Assembly: GCA_000708835.1 (NCBI GenBank)
Contig: DF236975.1
Coordinates: 248,001 to 312,000 of the forward strand
Reading direction: 5' to 3'
DNA from: Klebsormidium nitens
Lineage: Eukaryota; Plantae; Klebsormidiophyceae
DNA length: 64,000 bases
Of this stretch, positions 23,701 through 32,795 are shown one piece after another. The notes below the pieces were generated by a model. It ran no database searches. It saw nothing but the letters and a program-made list of their open reading frames with translations, and was not told where the DNA came from. Every line of letters starts with the position of its first letter. Positions within the stretch are counted from its first letter, which is position 1. Made by a program: the position numbers and the translations under genes.

Positions 23701-26700
23701 AGTGTGGGGAAAATAACATAAGCCTTGCTGGCAGTTGTACAGAGCTACAGACGGTCGAGATAGTAGCTTTACAGATGAGACTCGAAAGTAGTTGTCGACG
23801 AGTTCGTTCTAACGGTAATAATTGTGCACTGTAATGAACGCAAGATCTTGACGTTGTAGAAAGGAGCTTTCAAGCCATGATTTCATCCCTCGTGATGACC
23901 AGGACATACACTCCAACGCCCAGAGATGTTACAATCCTCTTGCGAGCTGATAAACTCATTTGACGGGCACCAAACCCATGTTTGTGCATGAAATGATGGG
24001 CATAGGATGGTTTTGCGCGGCGCTTCCGATCGACATCCAATCGTATGACAGATTGGACCATTTGCGCGGCTTGCGGCATCGAACGCGCCGACCCGGCACT
24101 ATACGGCATGCTAGCGGCAGGTGCCGGCGCACAGACGGCACTCGCCGGCGCACAGACGGCACTCGCCGGCGCCGTGCTGTGCCGGAGTGGTCTTGACGGT
24201 CGCGCCGGGCGGCATCAAGGGCCCATATGACCCGGCACGGACCGAGACCGGCGGCGGCACTAACATAGCCGTCCGGCACCGGTCCCGGTTTCCACGGCCG
24301 GCATCACCCTTGTCTGACCTGTGAAAAGCTCAGCCGCCCGGCCCGAATTTGCGCCGGACCGGCGCTCTTGGCCGCCGGACCGGCGCCGCAGGGCCACATG
24401 CGGCAGCTCCGAGGTACTCGCGGCATACTGGCGGCACATATACGGCAGGGAGAGCACAGGGGCGGCACTCTTCCGGCATACCGGCGGCGAGACAGGAAAT
24501 TTCCGATGTTGCATCCGGAAGCAAGGTTTGACACTGAAGTAATATGCGTGCCAAGGATGTCAAGAATCAGTACTATACCATCCAAATGTTCCAGTGTGGG
24601 TTGATTCTCATCATTTCAAGCTATCAAGCGGTGGGTATACAGTCGCTTGCGAAGCCGGAATAGCTCGATCCTGAAGATGATCCTTGTCTGTTCTCGTTCA
24701 GGGGTCATGGTCTTCCAGTGATCGGGAGTCTGTCACGCTGTAGAGGCTCGTTGCCGTGGCTCATCGGAGCTGCGCGCGCGCGCGAACTTTGTGAGCCGTT
24801 GATATTAGGGCTCGACCCGATCAGACGGCTGTAGGTTGCTGCAGTTTGTAGTCTACTATGTGTAGACTCGAATGCTGAGTGACTGCGGCCAGCCCTATAA
24901 GCTGGACCCGAAAGTTGCTGATGCAACTTTCTGTACGTTGCTCTAAGAAGGAGGAAGGCGCGCTATGGCGGCCTAGTGAGACTTCCATAGGCAGCTTTTC
25001 TTCATGAGCGCCAAAGCAGAAGTTCCCTGAGCACATGTGTTTGTGCTCTTGTATGTAGTGCGTTTTGCGGTGTGCGACATGGCGGCGTGGCGGTGTGCCA
25101 CTTGACATTCCATCATAAGCGGGGTGCTTATATTTGGTAGCCAGCTAGTTTTGTTGTTGTTGGATTGGCATGATGCAACGCGTAGATGATGCGGAAGAGA
25201 TGCTGGTGCCGAGGCGCTGCCGCAGCGATAGAGTACCTCATGATAAGTCTGCGTTTCACTCTAGGGCATATGAGCCTTTTCCGGCCACCCCTTCTTGCCA
25301 GCAACGTGATGCAGTCGTTCTTCAGCTGTGGTCGCTTCCATTTTGGATCAACATATGCGGCTGCGCTCCGTCAAGAACTGACCTCCATGGGCGCCCGGAA
25401 GTGGACAGGTGCGAAACGCTTTCTCTAATTTAGGCGTGCTTCGCTGATGAGAATGGTACGAGAAAGTGTTGAGATACGGGCATTTAGGGACCGAATCTCT
25501 GGGTGATTCTAGGGTTTTCGGATCACGACGTCGACGGTAATTCGATGGTAACTANNNNNNNNNNNNNNNNNNNNGAATTCGCGCTATGGCGGCCTAGTGA
25601 GGTCTTCAATGGCAGCTTCTCTTCATGGGTGCCAAAGCAGAAGTTCCCTGAGCGCATGTGCTTGCGCTCTTGTATGGCGTGCGGTGTGCAACTTGGCGGT
25701 GTGCCAAGCGGATCGGTGGGTCCATCATAAGTGGAATGCTTATATTTGGTAGCCAGCTAGTTTTGTTGTTGTTGGAGTGGCATGATGCAACGCGTAGATG
25801 ATGCGGAAGAGATGCTGGTGCCGAGGCGCTGCCGCAGCGATAGAGTACCGCATGACACCGGTGCCGGTAGGTACAGGGGTGGTCGGGGCGGGAGTGGTCG
25901 GGACGCAGCTCGGGGTGCCAACGACGGGTGGGGTCGGGCACTGGAAATGATAACAACAAACGAGATGATTAATTGTTGGATCTAGAATGTCTGGAGGCGC
26001 TACTCGGGCCGGAACGCCAAAGAGCAGCGCACGTCTGGATTCTGCCTCTGGAAGCAAGACGCACGACAGAAAGTTTGGCCGCCAGTTTTGATCTTTCAAG
26101 GGAGCTTTGATCTGCTAAGATGCAACGTCGCTTCAGACCGTTTCGAGCCAGACTCATAGTGATTTGTCGCGACAATTGGAAAGATAGCATCGAAGCCGCC
26201 TTAAAAGCAATTGTGCTCTGAAAAGTTGCGCGGGGATATTTCACCGGAGTCGCTCTTACAACGGTGGTTTCTTGAAGACCGCTACGCACCCTGTCTATGC
26301 AAACCTATTTTTGCGAAGCTCGGTTTCCCAACGGAGGAGTCCGCTATTGGAGCCGAAGGAACGTCAAAAGGAACCTACAAACCGAACCTTCAAAAGTCGG
26401 GTAGTGAAGAAATGAACTGCGAAATGTGGATGCAGCTAAACGCGGCAAGCGGCCGGGGCGACCCACCTGGCCGACGCAGCAGATTGACTGGGAGCCGTCC
26501 GAGTTATAGCACTGGTTGGGGGAGCCAGGGGAGGACAGGCACGTGCCGTCGGGCCCGGGTTGGGCAGAAGAAGGCACGGTAGGAGCAGGAGTGGTCGGGG
26601 CAGGGGTCGTGGAAGCAGGAGTGGTAGGTTCAGGGGTGGTCGGGGCAGGGGTGGTCGGGGCGGGAGTTGTGGGGGTGGGGGTCGTAAGTGCGGGGGTGGT

Positions 26701-29700
26701 GGTCGGGGCAAGAGTGGTTGGATCCGGGGTAATGGGAGCCGGCGTGGTCGGCTTTGGAGTGGTCGGTGCGGGGGTAGTAGGGGCCGGAGTGGTCGGCTTG
26801 GGAGTGGTTGGAGCGGGGGTAGTCGGCTTCGGAGTGGTCGGGGCGGGGGTGGTCGGTTTTGGAGTGGTCGGGGCAGGCGTGGTCGGTTTTGGAGTGGTCG
26901 GGCGGGGGTGGTCGGCTTTGGCGTAGTCGGGGCGGGAGTTGACGTTGGGAGAGCCGCGAAAGGCACTGCAAAAAGGAATCGAGGATAAATGCTTGATGCA
27001 TGCAACCCCGGTTCTCCGACCTTTCCTCGAACATTCCTGACCATGTGCAGAGTGAATCGTGTTGACAATGACGTAATGGCGCTCTCACTAAGCACTCCCA
27101 AAGCAAGTGTTTCACCATCTTCTTGAAACGTCCATCCCCAGACGCGAAAGCCGAAGGACCTTTCGTGGCCCAGCTTGCCAGTTCAGTGACTCTATCTCGC
27201 GGAAAACAAGAAAAAGCTTCTCGCTTGGATACTGTGCTGGCAAGTCGAAAAGAAAGCAGTAGAGAAAACGTATGCGGAGAGCTGGCGCTTCAAACGATCC
27301 GAAATTTCGGTTTTGGGGGGGTAACTTACGCAGAGTGTTGCAGTTCATGCTAGAGGACCCCACGCGCTTGTTGTCCGCGTCGTAGACGACCTGGCACGGG
27401 AAAGGAAAGGAACGTGAGGCATCGAAACAATGGTCAGAAATAAGAAAGGAACTGAATTGGGGGCAGGGTTCTTTGCAGAACCTTTTGGTGGGGAGTCCAA
27501 AACGGGGACGCTTTTTGGAAAAGATGAGGTTGCAGACAAGATGTATATTGAAGCTGGTACAAGACGAGCTCGCGGATGCTTTTGCTGAGGGGATGAGGAC
27601 TGTTATCTCGCAGGGTTAAGCAAAAAATAATAATCAGGAGAGGCTAGCCATCACATTTTCGAGAGGGCGTTTTTGATGGTCAGATCATCGGGCGCGGTCG
27701 TTGTTCGGCTTAGCGGGCGGCGTATTTACGGTTACCAGATTACTGTAGGTTATCTGGCGGGGTTGTTTACTGGGTTACCAAGCGGGGTTAACGCTTACCA
27801 GGTTGTCGGTCGTGAAACTGGGGCCGATTTTGCGGACGGGGGGCGCGTCCGGGAAGGCCGCGTCATTTGGCCCCCCGTCGAAAATCCCGATGCTGATCTG
27901 CTCATTGTTTGGGTCCAAAGGGGTGATGTACGACTTGGGCCGCGCCACGATCTGCGTGCCGGGCAGCTGGATCGTGAGGACGGGGAAGCGCGCGTAGAGC
28001 TCCTCCGGGGAAAATGTGACGAACGTTGCGGGGCAGAGAAGCAGGGTGGATCAGACATTTTCGATTCGTTGGGGTTTCACATTCATAGGGTGATGGGATG
28101 TGCCTGATTTCTCTGGGTCGCACGTCTCCGGCCGGCGCCTGGGGCGCTCTACTCTTTTGGCTGATTTCAACAAGAGAGACATTGCTGGCGAACCCCCCTC
28201 TAGTTTAGGCGGTACGTGGCGAGGGCTGGATGCTTTGCTTGGATAAACAAAGCTTTGGTTAAGCCGTCTAAAACGCCGCAGCGCGCGCCTGAAAGTCTCC
28301 TCTCGGCCTAGGAATCTTCCGCGAACGCGGAAAAGCATTTAAGTTGGCGCTCACAACGAGGACGTCGCAACGTCGGGCGGACATTTCCTCTCATTGCAAG
28401 TTATGATATAGAGCTTGGCGGGAAAGCTAATGTCAGGCCTCCAGTCTGGAAGGATCAAGGGCGGGGGGGATGAAAACTTACGAGGGGTGCAAGTCGTGGT
28501 GCTGCAAAGACAAGCAAGACAGGGGGCACGCGTCAGACGAACTGGGAGCTTACGTAAGGGCCAATGGACCTTGGAATTTTCTTTGCTGGTGCGCTGGTCG
28601 GGCCTCAAACCGAAGTGCGCACCAGACACCAGGTCGAAAGCTTTGTCTGGAGGTCTGAAAATCCATGACATGCAAATCTCAGCGACTTTTAGAAAACGGG
28701 TTGCCTTTCACGGTGGTACTGACCGTCCACACTCGAGCTCTTAACGAAATCAGACAGTGGTGCCGTCTTGACCTTCGCCAGGCGTACCCTGACGCAATCA
28801 AGGCACGAACAGAGAAAACGCGGATGCTCACTGGTTCGTGAATGTTTCCGGCGCGTGCTGAGACTTTTGCGGAAGGTACGGTTCTTCTTTCACCGGGCGT
28901 CAAGCAACCGATAGATCTTTAACAAACAGCATCGTTTCGAGATCGACGACCGACAGATTCGTTGACATACGGCATCATTTCGAGATCTGCACGGAACGCT
29001 TTGAGCTTTTGTTTTGGACCCATAGACATGCTTCCAATGCGCTTAGGATCGCGGCGGAGCTCACTCGATAGCTTCCAGGCCGCCAAAGTTCTGAGAATTG
29101 GGGCAGCCGGTGGCGGTTTTGACGGCGGCGATCAAGCTGTTGAATAGCGCAGTACTGAGTACGGACGATACGGTGCCTGTAACGAGAGTGGAGTGAAAGT
29201 TGGCACTGAAACGAGGAACTCGGGCCGGCAGCTGGCTGCCCGAGAGAACGGGGGTGCGTCAGGGGCCAGGCAAGTCGGCCGAGAACTCTGTGAGTGGTCT
29301 CCAATCACGTGCTCTGAGGACAATCAATGGGATCAACAAGCCGTTTCGAGCAGCATGAGAAAATGGCTGTCCTTCAAGCCGGTTGCAACTCGAACGAAGA
29401 CTTTCCACTTCAGCATTGTACGCAGTCCACAATTCAGAGGGAACCCCCGGAACATCATGCTAGAACGTCAGCAGTGACAAGACGTTACGACCACGTTGAA
29501 AAGACGTCACAAAAACGTCACACAAAGAATGCAGACACGGCGCATACAAACGGTCCAAATCCTGGGACGCAAGGACTTTGATGCGGCAATCTCATAGTGG
29601 AACCCACGATCCATTGGCCCCCCCGCCAAAGGAAACTTTACAAGGAATACACAAAGACGTTACAGAAGTGTTGCAAAAGAAGAAGCGCTTTGACTCGGAA

Positions 29701-32000
29701 TCTTACTCGAGTCCAAGATCCACGTGGCCCCAGTATCTGCCGTCAGCGCTGCGGCAGCCCCCGGCACCGGGGCGCCGTTGAGCAGGACGTTTGTCGGGGC
29801 CGGGGTAGACCAGAACGGGGAGTTGGTGTTAATAGGCGGGGTGGTATAGCTGACTGCGTAGTTGGCACCGCCGGGCTGTGTGGGCACCCCCCCGAGGAAG
29901 AGCGTGCCGCCGGTGTCAAAGCCGGAGGCGAGGCACAGGCCGAACGTGGTGGTTGTCAAAGCGCCCACCTGGTGAAATTGGGGGGTGGACATGTTTAGCA
30001 CGAACTTTGATTTAGCAATGCTGTGCTTTAGGAAGAGTATGCTAACCAGCCTAGGACGGGTGGGGTTAGTTTGGGGTTTAGGGTGGGTATATACAGGTGC
30101 GGAGCATGTGGTCTTGTGGGTTAAGATTTCGGTTTTACTTTAGAAGCTTACTATTGCTAGAGCTTACTATTGCCAAACTGTCAGATACCACGTCAACTGT
30201 TACTGAGGTTTGTTTCTTTGGTCGTTGATGGTAATGGTGGTTGTCAGGATTTGGATCCAAGCTGTGAGCTGTAAATCATGACAGTATTTGTTGACACGGC
30301 CAGAGATTTCAAGGCAGCTGGAAGCAATGTCCAGCTGTATCAAATAGTAAGAATACAAGATAATTGAATGGCCATTTGTCTAGTTTGCATCTCTAGTACT
30401 CTGCATTGCAAACCCTTGGCTGCATTGCTTTTGCAAGTACTGATGGAAAGCAACGCCCCAACACCCTCACTTTTTCCGGAAGGCTTAGGTTTTGGGCGGA
30501 AATTGTTACCTTGGTTTGAGACTTTATAACCTGCTCTCACAATCTGAGATAACACAGCCTCAGGAAAGTAATAGTCCAGCCAACTTTAGAAGAGGTGACA
30601 CGGGTCACTTTCACATTGAATGGACCTGAAAATGAAAACTGTATGAAGGTGAGGAACATAAAAGGTATGGTAGCGCAGATTGGGAAGAGGTTGCTTCTAT
30701 GATCAGATAAGGCTCAAGAAATGAGATTGCTGGCAAGGTTAGAGTTAATGATAAGCCCTTAGACCCTAGCATTCTAACCCTGGGTGCTGCCAGTGCACCA
30801 CAGAAAGAAATAGTAGACCTGAACAACTCAGATTCCTCTTGGGAGTAGAGGAAGCAGACACCAAAGCACCTTGCTTTGACACTGAACCTGAAAAGCTGAC
30901 ACCAATGAAGCCAACACCCGTCAATTGAGAGCAGTGTGACAGCATGTAAAGATTAGGAAACCCGCAAATTGAAAGTGACGTCTGAAACTGGGCACACCAA
31001 ATTTGACGACAAGACTGACAAACCAGAACTGAATATTTGGAACAGCAATCGAAAGTCTCAATGTGAAATGTTCATGGAAGCGTGGAGCCTTGGTTTTCCG
31101 GCCTTCTTCTGCTTCTGCTTCTGCCCTCTTCTTCTTCTGCTGCATTTTTCAGGACAGGTTTGATGTGCTACATTTTCGACACATAAGCCCAGAATCTGAA
31201 AGTAAGCGCCTCCCACAGGATTACCCACCTGCTTCAGCTGCGCCGGCAGCGACGCTCCTGCGGGCCCGAACCCCACCTGCCCGGCGTTGGAATCATTGAA
31301 GTACTGAAAGATACTGGTTCCGAGGAAGATGCGCGCGGTCCCGGTGGACACCGACCCCAACGCCACCACGTCCCGGAGATACGGCCCGGCCGCGCCCCTG
31401 TTCAGGTTCTGAATCTCAAACTGGCACCCAGTGGAATACGCGGCCCCCAAGCACCCGGTGGCCCCGAGCCCCCCCGCAGCGCACTGGTCGCACGTCGCGT
31501 TGGAGAGGGCCGTGGTCGAAGAGGCCGGGTCGTACTTCGGCCCCTGGTAGAAGCAGAACGAGGTGTCGGCATCAGGCAACGGGTTTTGGTTGGCGGCAAT
31601 TGGCGGCCCCGGGGCAAGACCGGCACTGCGGGCCCTGGACGAGGTTCACGTGGCTCCCCGTGTCGACGATCAGGGGGAGCGTCACGGGGGGGGTGCCCAC
31701 CTTCACGTCCACTGTGAACGTGAACTGAGTGAGGAACCCCCCCCCGAGGGCCATGCCGGGGGTGGCAGCCAACAAGCTCCTCCTGCTGACGTCAGAGCTT
31801 GCATCTGCTACGTTGCGGAAGTAGGCGGCGCGGGTAGCAACCTGAGCTGCGACCTCGTCAGCGGAGAACGAGCGCTGCGTGACGGGTAGGGCAATGCTCT
31901 GGGCGGCAGCAGGCGACAGCTGGCAGATCAGGGGGGCGGCCAGCAGGGCCAGCAGGAGGGCGCAATGCAGGCGGAGTGGGGGCGCCATGTTGCTGATCAT
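20721..32000 (-). CDS. Secreted pepsin-like (A1) aspartic protease fused to Pro/Thr mucin-like stalk and four Cys6 modules; interrupted by an LTR-type insertion and several 1-nt indels
   Basis: Exons 32000-31229, 29968-29707, 29176-29065, 28501-28482, 28025-27799, 27390-27330, 26965-26467, 25940-[insert]-22784, 22255-22039, 21479-21276, 20804-20721. The product has a signal peptide ([33 protein letters not shown]) and a propeptide ending RRSLL. It then shows [80 protein letters not shown] (A1 family hallmarks), followed by PTTP repeats and Cys modules. Stop TAA is at 20721-20723. Confidence 0.82.
22974..22993. other. Assembly gap (20 N)
   Basis: Run of N. Confidence 1.
23495..23684 (+). pseudogene. 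Orphan 3' exon of a divergent histone H3 / CENH3-like gene
   Basis: After acceptor TTCAG (23490-23494) the frame reads [63 protein letters not shown]-stop. This is the H3 histone-fold alpha2-L2-alpha3; my manual count is 30/49 identities to canonical H3. No N-terminal exon is found between the TIR and the acceptor. Confidence 0.8.
24074..24480 (+). repeat. Strand-polarised CGGCA motif array including a 21-bp tandem repeat
   Basis: About 17 CGGCA on the + strand versus about 2 on the - strand in ~410 bp. CCGGCGCACAGACGGCACTCG is tandemly repeated at ~24124-24170. Confidence 0.6.
24731..25245. mobile_element. Solo LTR, 515 bp, 4-bp TSD AGTC
   Basis: Begins TGTCACG (24731) and ends CATGATA (25245). 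It is flanked by AGTC at 24727-24730 and 25246-25249. Its 5' end matches 22933-22966 and its 3' ~280 bp match 25580-25857. Confidence 0.82.
25555..25574. other. Assembly gap (20 N)
   Basis: Run of N. Confidence 1.
26580..26940 (-). repeat. Coding 15-bp tandem repeat encoding ~22 PTTP(A/K/E) pentapeptides
   Basis: Units such as CCGACCACTCCAAAA / CCGACCACCCCCGCC on the minus strand. They are seen as GVVG(A/F) repeats in the antisense ORF 26516-26926. Confidence 0.9.
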
Positions 32001-32070
32001 CGGCGTCGCTCTGTGAGAAACTTCTGAGGAATTCCGAATGCAGGTTGAGAATGGAGAGCTCATGTGGCTT

Positions 32071-32795
32071 GTACTTGAAGTTGAACTTGAAGTTGAAGTC
32101 GAAAACGCTTGCTGCTGAAGCGGCAAGCTGTTGAGCAAGATTGAATCGCGAGGGCCATATGGCATACGGTAGTTCTGTCGACTCAGAAAAAGGTGTACCG
32201 TGTTCCAGGTACCCATTCCAAATAGGTACCTACCTGGGTGTTGAGTAACTTGAGTTGCTTGAACGGTACGAGCAGGTACGTACCGGACTACGCAGTCTGA
32301 GGCAGCTACTGGTACAACAGGTACAAGCAGGCGGAGCAGCTGGTACCACGCACACCTAGGTATGAGGGCCTCAGCCGGCGAGCGACCTAATAGGTACCCT
32401 ATGGGAGACTGGAGTCGAATCGAAAGTTGCTTTCCGGTCACAAAATGCCCCTTCGGAAGCACCCGGTGTATGATTTCCTTCAGCCTGCATGTACACAGTA
32501 TTCTGTAGGTTCTGCTACTAGGTAATACGGTACCTATACCAGGTACCTACCTGCATACTCGTACCAACACGCCGGTTGGGAATTTTGCCCAATACTAATT
32601 AAATTTGGGCAACTCAATTTGGAATTTTTCGATTTTGAAATTTTTAGTGACACTTGGAATATTTGAACAAAAAGTTAAAACCCTTTTCTTACCGAGGACA
32701 TATTCATGGTAATAAAGTTCTGGGCAAAACCGAAAATAATCTAAATTGACGCCCAAGGGCCAAGGGCCAACCGGCATGCTGGTACTGGTACGTAC
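32071..32795. promoter_or_regulatory. Dense GTAC cluster upstream of the aspartic protease gene (candidate SBP/SPL-type binding cores)
   Basis: About 17 GTAC counted in ~725 bp, against roughly 3 expected at 1/256. Function is inferred only. Confidence 0.35.
32564..32782. mobile_element. MITE-like element (~220 bp) with 16-bp imperfect TIRs flanked by TA
   Basis: TA|CCAACACGCCGGTTGG...CCAACCGGCATGCTGG|TA (14/16 TIR match). The interior is AT-rich with a TTGCCCAA..TTGGGCAA hairpin, contrasting with GC-rich flanks. Confidence 0.6.

Larger units (their letters stand above)
22994..25530. mobile_element. Segment bounded by 64-bp terminal inverted repeats (putative non-autonomous TIR / Pack-type DNA element)
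   Basis: 22994-23057 (TGTCGTGATCCTAAAACCCTAGAATCACCCAGAGATTCGGTCCCTAAATGCCCGTATCTCAACA) is the reverse complement of 25467-25530 with 2 mismatches. The true ends and TSD are hidden by the flanking gaps. No transposase ORF is present. Confidence 0.55.
22933..25857. mobile_element. LTR-type insertion (5'-TGTCACG...CATGACA-3', 4-bp TSD CCGG) inside a coding exon; interior contains two assembly gaps
   Basis: CCGG at 22929-22932 and 25858-25861 flanks TGTCA...TGACA termini. Both ends match the complete solo LTR at 24731-25245. Removing the insert and one CCGG restores the in-frame exon ..[14 protein letters not shown].. Confidence 0.72.

Noticed and set aside
24100-24180. CRISPR-like or iteron-like reading of the 21-bp repeat
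   Set aside because: Only two adjacent copies, no spacers, no cas genes, and a eukaryotic context.
26516-26988. Plus-strand ORFs with elastin-like GVVGA repeats or RG-rich sequence
   Set aside because: They are antisense and alternative-frame shadows of the PTTP(A/K) coding repeat on the minus strand.
29717-29728. DTG in ALTADTGAT as the second catalytic motif
   Set aside because: The downstream [16 protein letters not shown] aligns better with the family pattern hydrophobic-hydrophobic-D-S-G-T..L....Y/F..L.
30061-30086. Telomere-like TTTAGGG / GGGGTT patch in a protease intron
   Set aside because: Only one true TTTAGGG unit; not an interstitial telomeric array.
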